From NCBI GenBank assembly GCA_913043225.1, contig CAJWLU010000005.1:96001-160000 (forward strand): a stretch of 64,000 bases of DNA, written 5' to 3'. The notes below the pieces were generated by a model. The model was not told where the DNA came from and made no database searches. It was given only the letters and a program-made list of their open reading frames with translations. The translations under genes and the position numbers were made by a program. The stretch is from an uncultured Acidobacteriota bacterium (GTDB taxonomy: Bacteria > Acidobacteriota > Vicinamibacteria > Vicinamibacterales > UBA8438). Positions 10,170 to 20,116 of the stretch are shown piece by piece. How positions within the stretch are numbered: position 1 is the first letter of the stretch; every line of letters begins with the position of its first letter.

Positions 10170-11222
10170 ATGAGAACCTTGATCACCAGCCTGGCGATGC
10201 TCCCACTACTCATCGCCGTCCCGCGGGCGGCGACCGTGACGACGGTCATCGGCACCGGCACCGCCGGCCTGTCGGACACCGAAGTCGCCAATCCCTACGG
10301 CGTGGTCATCGGGCCCGACGGCGCGATGTATTTCTGCGACCTCGACAACCAGCGCATCCGGCGCATGGACCTCACCACCGGCCGCACCACTGTGATCGCC
10401 GGCACCGGCGAGCGTGGCTACAGCGGTGATGGCGGCCAGGCGACCGAAGCGGCGCTCAACATGCCGCACGAAATCCAGTTCGACGCCGATGGGCATCTCT
10501 TCATCGTCGAACGCGACAGCCACAGCGTACGCCGGGTCGACGCCAGTACCGGGATCATCACCACGGTGGCCGGCACCGGCGAGGCTGGCTTCTCGGGCGA
10601 CGGCGGGCCGGCGCACCGTGCTCAGCTCAACCGACCCCATAGCATCGCGTTCGACCCCGAAGGGCGTCTGCTCATCTGCGACATCGGCAATCACCGCATC
10701 CGGAGAGTGGGCGCCGACGGCCAAATAGAAACGTGGGGCGGCACGGGTGAGCGGGAACCGACGCCCGACGGCGCGCCGCTTGCGGGAACGCCGCTCAACG
10801 GCCCCCGCGCGATGGCCAGCGACCCGGAAGGCAACCTGTATTTGGCGCTGCGAGAAGGTAATGCGATCTACAGGATCGACCTCGCCACCGAGACGATCCA
10901 TCACGTGGCCGGCACCGGCGAGCAGGGTTACACCGGGGACGGCGGCCTCGCCCACACCGCAACCCTGGCCGGACCCAAGGGGCTAGCCTACGCCGAGGGA
11001 CGACTCTATATCGCCGATACGGAGAACCATGTCATCCGCATGGTCAACGTCGCTGCAGGGACGATCTCGACGGTGTTGGGGAACGGTGAACGCGGCGATG
11101 GCCCCGAAAACGACCCGCTCGAATGCAAGACCAACCGCCCGCACGGCATCTTCTACACCACCGACGCCGGTCTCTACGTCGGCGACAGCGAGGCGCACCG
11201 GATTCGGCTGCTGAGCGATTAG
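10170..11222 (+). CDS. NHL-repeat beta-propeller protein
   Basis: Repeated AGTG..GYSGDGG.A..A.LN.P units; AGGAG RBS. Confidence 0.85.
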   Translation: MRTLITSLAMLPLLIAVPRAATVTTVIGTGTAGLSDTEVANPYGVVIGPDGAMYFCDLDNQRIRRMDLTTGRTTVIAGTGERGYSGDGGQATEAALNMPHEIQFDADGHLFIVERDSHSVRRVDASTGIITTVAGTGEAGFSGDGGPAHRAQLNRPHSIAFDPEGRLLICDIGNHRIRRVGADGQIETWGGTGEREPTPDGAPLAGTPLNGPRAMASDPEGNLYLALREGNAIYRIDLATETIHHVAGTGEQGYTGDGGLAHTATLAGPKGLAYAEGRLYIADTENHVIRMVNVAAGTISTVLGNGERGDGPENDPLECKTNRPHGIFYTTDAGLYVGDSEAHRIRLLSD

Positions 11223-11845
11223 GGGAGTTGCTCACGATGCACGACGGCGACGGCGTGCATGTAGCCGCCAGCGCCGGCGAAGCGATCCTCGGCGGCAGCT
11301 AGGATTGCGGGCCTGGCCTCATCGTCGCGCCCCATTGCTTCGAGGTAGAGGCCAATGTAGAGATGGGCGTAAAACCGGGCACGCGGCTGTTCGCCCGCCG
11401 CGGCCATCACCTCCTCGGGTGAGAGCCGACCGGCGAACATTTCGTAGACCTGAGTCATCGGCCGACGACCATCCGGCCCGACGGGCAACAACGCCTCCAC
11501 CGCCGCGTCAGGCGAGTCGGCGCGCGCCACACACAGGAAGTGCCAGGCGGCGTTCTCGACATCGTTGGGGTTCACCAGCCGGTGCGACTCAAACATCCGC
11601 CGGCAATCGTCATAGCGACCGACGTAGTAAAGGGCAATCCCCCGCTGCCAGAGCTGCGGCGCCGCCTCCGGCACCAGTTCGGCAACTCGGTCGAAGCCGG
11701 TCACCGACGCCTCCACCCGCCCCGCGATGAAATCGGTCTCGGCTTGACGCAGAATCTCTCGCGGCGTCTGCGCAGCAGCGCAAGTCGAGCTCAGCAGAAA
11801 GATGGTCCACACCAACTTCCAGCGAGGGGGAGCAACCTTCCGCAT
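11219..11845 (-). CDS. Secreted TPR (NlpI-like) protein
   Basis: WQRGIALYY...NPNDVENAAWHFLC, FYAHLYIGLY; start chosen at MRKV. Confidence 0.7.
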   Translation of the reverse strand: MRKVAPPRWKLVWTIFLLSSTCAAAQTPREILRQAETDFIAGRVEASVTGFDRVAELVPEAAPQLWQRGIALYYVGRYDDCRRMFESHRLVNPNDVENAAWHFLCVARADSPDAAVEALLPVGPDGRRPMTQVYEMFAGRLSPEEVMAAAGEQPRARFYAHLYIGLYLEAMGRDDEARPAILAAAEDRFAGAGGYMHAVAVVHREQLP

Positions 11846-11859
11846 CGGGCTCTTCGCGG

Positions 11860-12297
11860 TCAGAGGATCTCCAGCAATTCGATGTCGAACACCAGCGCCG
11901 AATCTGGAGGAATGGAACCCTGGCCGCCGGATCCGTATCCAAGGCCTGGTGGGATAATCAAACGCCGCTGACCACCGACTCGCATCCCGCGCACTCCGGC
12001 ATCCCAGCCGGCAATGACCTGCCCCGCCCCCACGATGAAGCTGAAGCCAGCTTCTGACGACTGGTCGAACTGCATCCCCTTGTTCTCTACAGCGCTCAGG
12101 TCGTAGAGCCATCCCGTGTAGGCGACCAGCACGGCGTTACCATTGTCGACTTCTGGTCCGGTGCCCACGACCAGGTCGATGATCTGGAACGGCACGCTGA
12201 GTCCGGGTTGATCGTCGTTGCCGCCGCACCCAGCGGCAACAACGGCCGTCGCCAGGAAGGCAATCAGCAAGGCGGAACGTAATCTGAGCGACGTCAT
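11860..12297 (-). CDS. FKBP-type peptidyl-prolyl isomerase lipoprotein
   Basis: YTGWL, FDQS, VIAGWD.GV.GM.VGG.RRLIIPP.LGYG, IPP.S.LVFDIEL; AAGC lipobox. Confidence 0.93.
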   Translation of the reverse strand: MTSLRLRSALLIAFLATAVVAAGCGGNDDQPGLSVPFQIIDLVVGTGPEVDNGNAVLVAYTGWLYDLSAVENKGMQFDQSSEAGFSFIVGAGQVIAGWDAGVRGMRVGGQRRLIIPPGLGYGSGGQGSIPPDSALVFDIELLEIL

Positions 12298-12477
12298 CTG
12301 ATGGCGAACTCCCGTAGTGCGGTGCGCGAGCCAGCTCCTCGGACCGCAGAGCTACAGTATACGTGCGGCCTCGGCCGACATCCGGCCAGAGCGGCTATAA
12401 TCGGTCCTTTCGTGGACTAGTATTCTCGTTTAGTTCCACACTGACGGTCTGGAACCTCGAGCCAAGGAGATTAAGGC

Positions 12478-13119
12478 ATGAGAACCATCAAGATGCTCGG
12501 TGCGGTCGCGCTACTGGCGCTGGTCAGCGTCTCGCCCTCCGAGGGGCAAGCTGCGGACATGACGTTCTTCCTGACGAGCGAGGGCCCTGGTGACGGCGCG
12601 AATCTTGGCGGCCTTGCCGGCGCCGACGCGCACTGCCAGTCGCTCGCCGCCGCGGTAGGTGCTGGTAGCCGTACTTGGCGCGCGTATTTGAGCACAACCG
12701 GTACCGGTGGCGAAAACGCACGCGACCGGATCGGTCAGGGACCCTGGCAGAACATCGCCGGCGACGTCGTGGCCACCAGCCTCGACACCCTGCACTACGA
12801 GAACAACCTGACCAAGGAAACCGTGCTGAACGAGCAGGGAGGAATGACGCCCGGCCGCGGTGACGACCCGAACCAGCACGACATCTTGACCGGCTCCTAC
12901 CTCGACGGCACCGCGGTGTCTGGCAGCGACGACACCACCTGCCGCAACTGGACCTCGAACGCGGCCGACGGCAGCGGTATGGTCGGGCACTTCGATCGGA
13001 CCGGCGGCGGCCCGAACCCGAACTCCTGGAACTCGGCACACGGGTCCCGCGGCTGCGGACAAGCCAACCTGCAGGCCACCGGCGGAAACGGCTACTTCTA
13101 CTGCTTTGCGATCGACTAG
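12478..13119 (+). CDS. Secreted endostatin/DUF1554-like ('lectin') protein
   Basis: LGGLAGADAHCQ.LA, WRAYLS, HDILTGS, C.NWTS, FYCFA; AAGGAG RBS. Confidence 0.75.
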   Translation: MRTIKMLGAVALLALVSVSPSEGQAADMTFFLTSEGPGDGANLGGLAGADAHCQSLAAAVGAGSRTWRAYLSTTGTGGENARDRIGQGPWQNIAGDVVATSLDTLHYENNLTKETVLNEQGGMTPGRGDDPNQHDILTGSYLDGTAVSGSDDTTCRNWTSNAADGSGMVGHFDRTGGGPNPNSWNSAHGSRGCGQANLQATGGNGYFYCFAID

Positions 13120-13142
13120 TCATCCCACACCCGCTCATCATT

Positions 13143-13183
13143 CGGAGACCGGGGCGAGCAGCCAGCGCTCGCCCCGGTCTCCG
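13143..13183. terminator. Perfect 17-bp GC-rich hairpin (terminator or mRNA stabiliser)
   Basis: cggagaccggggcgagc-agccagc-gctcgccccggtctccg; no U-tract. Confidence 0.6.
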
Positions 13184-13215
13184 GCCTCTAGCGGTTAGCG
13201 CAGTCCGACCGGCCC

Positions 13216-13659
13216 GTGGCTGACTCCTCACACGACCAGGCCCCGCTCACCCGGACGCACGTGCGGCTGGGATGGTGGTCGCTGGCCTGCTTCCTGTCGC
13301 TCGGCTTCCTGCTGGAATTGCTGCACGGCTTCAAGATCGGGTTCTACCTCGACGTCGGCAACGAACACCGGCGGTTGATGTGGACGCTGGCGCACGCTCA
13401 TGGCGCGCTACTCGGCATGGTCCACCTGGCGTTCGGCTTGAGTCTTCAGGCGGCGCCGTCACTGGGTGGAAACAGGCAACCAGTCGTCTCGACCTGCCTG
13501 GTGGGCGCGACCGTCCTTCTGCCGGGCGGGTTCTTGCTCGGTGGGATCTGGGTCGAAGGGCAACTGGCCGCCCTGGCGTTTCTGCTGGTTCCGGTGGGCG
13601 GGGCACTTCTTGCCACAGCCATTTTTCTTGTGGCCCGCTCCGTACCGCGGCCACGGTAA
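13216..13659 (+). CDS. Small ~4-TM membrane protein with RRLMWTLAHAHG motif (paralog A)
   Basis: Hydrophobic helices; clear paralog of 15653-16066. Confidence 0.75.
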   Translation: MADSSHDQAPLTRTHVRLGWWSLACFLSLGFLLELLHGFKIGFYLDVGNEHRRLMWTLAHAHGALLGMVHLAFGLSLQAAPSLGGNRQPVVSTCLVGATVLLPGGFLLGGIWVEGQLAALAFLLVPVGGALLATAIFLVARSVPRPR

Positions 13660-13672
13660 GGGCGGACCAGGC

Positions 13673-15646
13673 ATGTCCGCCATACGTCGGCCGCGACCGT
13701 CGGCTCACCCTCTCGAACCCGTCCCGCCCTCGAGTTGGCCGCTCGCCGTGCTTCTCGCCGCGTCGCTAGGGTTGGGACTCGCAGCGTTCACCAACTTCGA
13801 TCCATCGACGTCCGAGGACCAGGTGACGGGTCGGCCAATTGCCAGACCCGACAACGGGTATGTCTCGTCGGACACCTGCCAGTCGTGCCATCCCGGCGAG
13901 TACGCGAGCTGGCACGGCTCGTTCCACAGGACCATGACTCAAGTGGCCAGCGAGACGTCGGTGCACGCCGACTTCGCCGGCGTTGAGGTGACCAACACCC
14001 ACGGCCGGCCGATGCAACTAGAGAGGGTTGGCGACGAGTTCTGGGCCGAGTTCGACGATCCTGGGTGGGAGGGCCCTGACGCCGACCGTCCGCGGATCCG
14101 TCGACAGGTCGTGCTGGTGACGGGCTCGCATCACCAGAACATCTACTGGTATGCGACTGAACATGAACGCGGGCTGAACGTGCTCCCGTCGGTCTATCTG
14201 ATCAAGGAGGCGCGCTGGGCATCACGAAGCGCGGTGGTCCTCCATCCGCCGAACCAATCGCTCGCCATGCTTGATGGCCACTGGAACGCCATCTGCATCG
14301 CCTGCCACACGACCCAGGGAAAGACGGCCTTCAGCACCCCATTCCGATCCGAGGCATTCCGCGACCAGACGATCGACACTACAGTGGCCGAGTTCGGCAT
14401 CGCCTGTGAATCCTGCCACGGTCCGGCGGAAGAACACATCCAGGCCCATCGAAACCCCGTGCAGCGGTATCGGCAACGGCTCACCGACGCGCCGGACCCC
14501 ACCATCGTCCAGCCGACACGGCTCGATCCCCAGCGCTCGTCGCAGGTGTGCGGTCAGTGCCACAGCGTCTGGGAGTTCTACGACCTTGAGGGAGAGCGCC
14601 TCGCCAACGAGCACGGACTGCCCTACCGGCCTGGAGACGAGCTACGTGACACACGCTTCGTGGCGCAGCCTTCGGTCGACCGATCTTCAGACGCGATCCG
14701 CACCCTCGCAGCGACCGATCCCGAATTCCTACGCGGGTCTTTCTGGCCGGACGGCACCATCCGAGTGTCGGGTCGCGAGTACAACGGACTCCTCGACTCG
14801 CCCTGTTTCCGCGACGCCTCGACTCCTGAGCGGACGCTCAGCTGCTTCTCCTGTCACGCGATGCACAAGCCCGACAACGACCCTCGGTCGGTGGTCAACT
14901 GGGCGGACACCCATCAGATGGCCACCGGCATGGAGAGCAACGAAGCGTGTCTGCAATGCCACGAGCCGATTCGCGCCAACGAACAGGCCCACACGCGCCA
15001 CGCGGCCGGGTCGAGCGGAAGCAGCTGCTACAACTGCCACATGCCGTACACGAGCTACGGCCTTCTGAAAACGGTGCGCAGCCATACCATCTCCAGCCCA
15101 TCGGTGACGGAGTCGGTCAGGCTGAGCCGTCCCAACGCCTGCAACCTCTGCCATCTCGACCAAACCCTGGGATGGACAGCGGAACAACTCGAGGCCTGGT
15201 ATGACATCTCCTCGCCCCCGTTAAGCGAAGACCAGCGATCAGTGGCCGCGTCACTGGTCTGGCTCCTTGAGGGTGACGCTGGCCTACGAGCCATCACGGC
15301 CCAGGCCATGGGCTGGACGCCGGCGCAGGCGGTGTCTGGCACCAGCTGGATGGTGCCGCATCTGGGGGAAGCCCTCGGTGATGACTACGACGCGGTCCGT
15401 TTCATCGCCGCTCGTGCGCTCCGAAGCATTCCGGAAGCCCCGTCGCTGACCTACGACTTCGATGGGCCTCGGGAGGTACGTGTCGCCGCCGCCATCTCGT
15501 TCCTGCGCGCCTGGCGCGGCACCCTGGCCCGCACAGCACGACGCGCCCCGGAGCTGCTAATCGACGCGGACGGAGAACTTCGGCTGGACGTCATGCGCAG
15601 GCTGGCGGCGCGTGGCGATCGACGGCCGCTCTTTCTCCGGGAGTAG
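13673..15646 (+). CDS. Octaheme c-type cytochrome with N-terminal anchor and C-terminal HEAT-like tail
   Basis: 8 CxxCH motifs: CQSCH, CIACH, CESCH, CGQCH, CFSCH, CLQCH, CYNCH, CNLCH. Confidence 0.88.
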   Translation: MSAIRRPRPSAHPLEPVPPSSWPLAVLLAASLGLGLAAFTNFDPSTSEDQVTGRPIARPDNGYVSSDTCQSCHPGEYASWHGSFHRTMTQVASETSVHADFAGVEVTNTHGRPMQLERVGDEFWAEFDDPGWEGPDADRPRIRRQVVLVTGSHHQNIYWYATEHERGLNVLPSVYLIKEARWASRSAVVLHPPNQSLAMLDGHWNAICIACHTTQGKTAFSTPFRSEAFRDQTIDTTVAEFGIACESCHGPAEEHIQAHRNPVQRYRQRLTDAPDPTIVQPTRLDPQRSSQVCGQCHSVWEFYDLEGERLANEHGLPYRPGDELRDTRFVAQPSVDRSSDAIRTLAATDPEFLRGSFWPDGTIRVSGREYNGLLDSPCFRDASTPERTLSCFSCHAMHKPDNDPRSVVNWADTHQMATGMESNEACLQCHEPIRANEQAHTRHAAGSSGSSCYNCHMPYTSYGLLKTVRSHTISSPSVTESVRLSRPNACNLCHLDQTLGWTAEQLEAWYDISSPPLSEDQRSVAASLVWLLEGDAGLRAITAQAMGWTPAQAVSGTSWMVPHLGEALGDDYDAVRFIAARALRSIPEAPSLTYDFDGPREVRVAAAISFLRAWRGTLARTARRAPELLIDADGELRLDVMRRLAARGDRRPLFLRE

Positions 15647-15652
15647 AGACAC

Positions 15653-16066
15653 GTGGCCGACCGCTACTTTCGCCGGCATCTCCACCTCGGCTGGTGGACC
15701 TTACTCGCCGCCGTCGCGCTGGGGCTGGGACTCGCGCTGCTGCGGCTCTTCGATGTGGAGACGTATCAGCACCCCGCCCACGAGACGCGGAGACTGATGT
15801 GGACGCTAGCTCATGTCCACGGAGCGGTCCTGGGGCTGCTCCACATTCTGTTCGGCGTGAGCTTAACCCTCGCACCGTCGCTGGCACCGCCATCGCTCCG
15901 CCTGCCGTCTCGAGCCCTCACGGCCGCCGGCCTGCTGTTGCCAGTCGGATTCTTCTTGGGCGGGGTGTCAACCTACGCGGGAGATCCTGGGCTTGGAATC
16001 GTTGGTGTGCCGGTGGGGGCCGTGTGCCTGTTGGTGGCGGTCGTCGCCACCGCTCGCGGCCAGTAG
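15653..16066 (+). CDS. Small ~4-TM membrane protein with RRLMWTLAHVHG motif (paralog B)
   Basis: Paralog of 13216-13659; starts 6 nt after the cytochrome stop. Confidence 0.75.
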   Translation: MADRYFRRHLHLGWWTLLAAVALGLGLALLRLFDVETYQHPAHETRRLMWTLAHVHGAVLGLLHILFGVSLTLAPSLAPPSLRLPSRALTAAGLLLPVGFFLGGVSTYAGDPGLGIVGVPVGAVCLLVAVVATARGQ

Positions 16067-16106
16067 CGGAGGCCGTTCGCGCGGCCTCTACCCTCTAGAC
16101 CCAGGA

Positions 16107-17075
16107 CTATTCCGTGACCGTGATGTCCAGATCTACCGTCGAGATCAGCATTGCATCGCTACCAAAAGCACGCAGTCGGTAACTACCCGGCTCGTTGAAC
16201 GTCACCGTCGTCTCGAAGGTGCCTGACGTCCATCCGTCGCCCGGCATCCCCTCTTCCCACTCCTGATAATCGTCGGGAGCGATCTTCCCGCCGTCGGGAC
16301 CACGGAACACGACCCACAGCAGGGACAGATGGTTTCGCGTCGGTGACGGTCGCTGATACTGACGGACATTGTCGGGGATCTCCGGCGCGTCCTCAGGCGG
16401 CGTCAGCGCCGGGTACTGGCGAAGCGGACTGCGGGAGCGCTCGGGAAGCTCCGAAGGTAGCTCGTCATCTTGCACCCGGGCGATCAACGTCACCGGCTGT
16501 CCGACCGAAACCGTGGTGGCCGAAGCCTCTACCGCGATCCGGGGCGGCTGATTACCAAACAATTCGTCGGCGCCCCGCCCGAACCCTGTGCGTCCGTTCG
16601 ACGTGATGGTGCTGACGTCGATCTCCCACTCGGGCTGCAGCCACCCGATCGCGGTCTGAGCGCTGTTCTGCTGGGTCACGGTCCAGACGAGCTGACCGTC
16701 GAGTGGAAAATCGACCGGCACGTTGACTTCGAACTGATAGCGATGAGTCCGCGGGTAGAAGTAGGTAGGCTGCCCGCGATCTTGCTCACCGGGTAAAAAG
16801 AAGTTGTTCTGGCCCACGGGAACGTGTGGGCGCTCGGCGTAGTTCCGGTTCAGATAGCCGAACAGAAAGCGGTAGCTCCCATCGTCGTTTCGCAACCACC
16901 CCTCGAAGATGGGCTGGATGTCCTGCCCGCGTTCGAAGCGCTGCTGAGGCTGGAGAACAACGGGTACGTCCCGAGGGTTGACCTGCGCCAAGACGCCATT
17001 GGCGACACTCAAGGCCAGGATGGCCACGAATCCGCCAACCACGATCCCTCTCCACCGCATGCGTTCCGACTTCAT
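16107..17075 (-). CDS. Secreted hypothetical protein with C-terminal Ig/PKD-like domain
   Basis: Signal peptide; PIFEGW..N.DGSY.F.FGYLNRNY; VTF.EPG.Y.LRA..SD. Confidence 0.7.
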   Translation of the reverse strand: MKSERMRWRGIVVGGFVAILALSVANGVLAQVNPRDVPVVLQPQQRFERGQDIQPIFEGWLRNDDGSYRFLFGYLNRNYAERPHVPVGQNNFFLPGEQDRGQPTYFYPRTHRYQFEVNVPVDFPLDGQLVWTVTQQNSAQTAIGWLQPEWEIDVSTITSNGRTGFGRGADELFGNQPPRIAVEASATTVSVGQPVTLIARVQDDELPSELPERSRSPLRQYPALTPPEDAPEIPDNVRQYQRPSPTRNHLSLLWVVFRGPDGGKIAPDDYQEWEEGMPGDGWTSGTFETTVTFNEPGSYRLRAFGSDAMLISTVDLDITVTE

Positions 17076-17130
17076 GGTCACCTTCCGTCTTATCTTCCCC
17101 GAGTGGTCGAGGCCAGCGGAGCCGACGCTC

Positions 17131-17168
17131 AAGAAAAACCCCCTGCTGGGCCGAAGCTCCGCAGGGGG
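17131..17168 (-). terminator. Rho-independent terminator after the Cu-monooxygenase gene
   Basis: Minus strand CCCCTGC...C(TTCG)G...GCAGGGG followed by GTTTTTCTT. Confidence 0.75.
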
Positions 17169-17200
17169 CCGTCGTTCATCTGCGCCGACGAGTGGACCGT

Positions 17201-18472
17201 CTACTCGTCGTCGGTGCGCTCTTTCCGCGCTTCGATCTCAGCGGCGTACTCCTCTTCGTTCATGTCGTGCCAGCTAAGCCAGGCAAATGCCATCTCATCG
17301 ATGGTGCGGCTGCCGCCTCCGGTCCAGTTAGTGGCGTCTGGGTTACCGCGGTTGCCTTCGGTATTGTCGTGATAGGTGATCACGTGAAACGTCGTGCCGG
17401 CCGGGTAGACCGGGGCCGCATCGTCCTCATAGTTGTAGACAATGTGCCAGTTAAAATCGAAGTTCGCACAGCTGACCATCTCGGTTGAGCCGTTCGGATA
17501 GATAAGCTCAAGGCACTGGCGGCTACCAAGGAAGTGCATGTGCGGTTGGAAGGCAGTTAGCTTTCCAGGTAGATACATCTTCTGGTAGCCGTCATGCCGG
17601 GTGACCTGGCCTGCCGGGATGTCGAGCTCGCCAGCCTGTGCGAGCTGACGCGAGTAGAGGACCTTATCCGGCTCCTCCCCCTCGGGGTAGAGCACCAGCC
17701 CAAGCTCGGTCTGGTCGGTCACTTCCTCGCCCACCGAGTGGTAGTGGAAGCTGAACCGCACCCGCGCATCGGCCGGGAACAGCCGCCCGGTATCGTCCGG
17801 ATAGACGTCGGCATTCTTGCCAACGGCGTACTCGTTCAAGAACGCGTCATTCGAGCTGTCGCTCAGCGGCGCGTCCGGATCGGTTACGGCGTAGGTCAGC
17901 GCATGATGGACAACACGAAGATCGCCGGCCTTAGTCTGAATCGCCTTGATATAGCGGTCGTCCGGGATATTGGCTGGCACGATGTAGTCGCCCCACCAGT
18001 CGCCCGCCTCGGCCGGCACGGTGTGCGGTGTCGACCTCACGATCACGTCCGGCTCCATCGTCCAAGCGCCGAACTCCTGAAACTCGACCGGCGCCGGAGC
18101 ATCGGCCGGGTTGCCTCGCGGGGCGCCGTTGTCGACCCAGCGCGAGATCGTTGCGATCTGGTCATCGCTCAACGACGGGTCGTCCTTGAATCTCTGCACG
18201 CCGACCTTCGGGTCGATGTGCCAGGGCGGCATCTCTCGGACTTCAACCTTATTCCTGATCGAGCGCGCCCAGGGCCGCGTCTCCTGGTAGCTCATCAGCG
18301 ACATCGGCGCCATGTTGTTGGGCCGGTGACACACCTGGCACGACCGCTGGAGGATCGGCTCGATGTCCTTGTGGAACGTGGGGTTCTCAGGAACCTCAGC
18401 CGCCGACGGCGACGGCACCATGACGAGCGCCGCCGCAACCAGCAGCAGCACACCGAGCGTGTGGCGTTTCAT
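17201..18472 (-). CDS. Cytochrome c fused to PHM/DBH-type (copper type II) monooxygenase domains
   Basis: CQVCH plus MPPW in the N-domain; VVHHAL, FHYH, PHMH, DEM copper ligands. Confidence 0.8.
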   Translation of the reverse strand: MKRHTLGVLLLVAAALVMVPSPSAAEVPENPTFHKDIEPILQRSCQVCHRPNNMAPMSLMSYQETRPWARSIRNKVEVREMPPWHIDPKVGVQRFKDDPSLSDDQIATISRWVDNGAPRGNPADAPAPVEFQEFGAWTMEPDVIVRSTPHTVPAEAGDWWGDYIVPANIPDDRYIKAIQTKAGDLRVVHHALTYAVTDPDAPLSDSSNDAFLNEYAVGKNADVYPDDTGRLFPADARVRFSFHYHSVGEEVTDQTELGLVLYPEGEEPDKVLYSRQLAQAGELDIPAGQVTRHDGYQKMYLPGKLTAFQPHMHFLGSRQCLELIYPNGSTEMVSCANFDFNWHIVYNYEDDAAPVYPAGTTFHVITYHDNTEGNRGNPDATNWTGGGSRTIDEMAFAWLSWHDMNEEEYAAEIEARKERTDDE

Positions 18473-18672
18473 GACCTCTATCCTCAGGGTTTTCCGGATA
18501 AGCGATCGTGCTGAGCGCACTCCGTAGCGCTCGTAGTTTAGCGGCTCACCTGCAGATTGTCTATCTTTCGTAACAGTTGCCACCGCCCAGAATCAGTCCC
18601 GGCGGTTGTGCTACGATCCGCGCCTCGGCGGACAGTCCGGTCCGCCCATCTGTCAGACACGAGTCGTCCCGC

Positions 18673-19827
18673 ATGATCGTCGGAGTCCCCACCGAGACCT
18701 TTCCCGGAGAGCGCCGTGTGGCCCTTGTGCCCACGGTCGTCCCGAGCCTGACGAACGCCGGCTTGAACGTCCTGATCGAGTCAGGCGCTGGCGTCGCAGC
18801 CGGCTTCACCGACGAGGCCTTCGCCGAGAAGGGCGCTGAGCTCGTCAACCGCGAGACGCTGTTCACGCGGGCCGAGGCGATGCTGCAGGTGCGCGCCCTG
18901 GGCGCCAACCTGAAGGCGGGATATGCGGACCTCGAGCGTCTGCGCCCTGGCCAGTCCGTCTTCGGCTTTTCAGAACCGCTAGGCGAACCACAGGCCGCTC
19001 AAGAACTCGCCGAGCGTGGCGTGACGGCGTTCTCGATGGAGCTCATTCCCCGGATCACGCGCGCGCAGAGCATGGATGCGCTGTCGTCTATGGCCACCAT
19101 CGGCGGTTACAAGGCGGTGCTTCTGGCCGCGGCGACCCTGCCACGCATGTTCCCGATGATGATGACCGCCGCCGGCACCATTACCCCGGCGCGCGTGTTC
19201 GTCGTCGGCGCAGGCGTGGCGGGCCTCCAGGCCATCGCTAGCGCCCGCCGCCTTGGCGCGAAGGTTGAGGCCTATGATGTACGTCCGGCGGTGCGTGAGC
19301 AGGTGGAGAGCCTGGGTGCGACCTTTGTCGACCTTCCGCTGGACACCGACGGTTCCGAGGACAAGGGGGGCTACGCCAAGGCGCAGGACGAAGCGTTCTA
19401 CGAGCGGCAGCGCGCGATGATGGCCCGCGTGGTGGCCGGGAGCGACGTCGTCATCACCACCGCCCTCATCCCTGGACGTCCAGCGCCGGTGCTAATCACC
19501 GACGAGATGGTCGCCGGCATGGCGCCGGGCGGCGTGATCGTCGATCTGGCCGCTGAACGGGGCGGCAACGTGGAACCGTCAAAGCCGGACGAAACCGTCG
19601 ACGCACACGGCATCAGCGTGCTAGGCCCGACGAACCTCCCGGCCACGGTGCCTTATCACGCCAGTCAGATGTACGCCAAGAACCTGTCCACGCTGCTCCT
19701 TCACCTGGTCAAGGAGGGCGCTCTGACGCTCGACCTCGAGGACGAAATCACCAGCGGCACGCTGGTGTCGCACGACGGCAAAGTGGTGCACCCGAGGGTA
19801 CGTGAGCTGCTGAATTCTCAGGAGTAA
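18673..19827 (+). CDS. pntAA: NAD(P) transhydrogenase alpha subunit part 1 (dI)
   Basis: GERRVAL, RITRAQSMDALSS, GAGVAG, GGYAK, DLAAERGGN. Confidence 0.95.
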   Translation: MIVGVPTETFPGERRVALVPTVVPSLTNAGLNVLIESGAGVAAGFTDEAFAEKGAELVNRETLFTRAEAMLQVRALGANLKAGYADLERLRPGQSVFGFSEPLGEPQAAQELAERGVTAFSMELIPRITRAQSMDALSSMATIGGYKAVLLAAATLPRMFPMMMTAAGTITPARVFVVGAGVAGLQAIASARRLGAKVEAYDVRPAVREQVESLGATFVDLPLDTDGSEDKGGYAKAQDEAFYERQRAMMARVVAGSDVVITTALIPGRPAPVLITDEMVAGMAPGGVIVDLAAERGGNVEPSKPDETVDAHGISVLGPTNLPATVPYHASQMYAKNLSTLLLHLVKEGALTLDLEDEITSGTLVSHDGKVVHPRVRELLNSQE

Positions 19828-19835
19828 GCATCGCA

Positions 19836-20114
<279 letters not shown>

Positions 20115-20116
20115 GC

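Noticed and set aside
10250..11100. Recurrent gccggcaccggcgag units as a possible CRISPR or DNA repeat
   Set aside because: They encode the AGTG of NHL repeats inside a CDS
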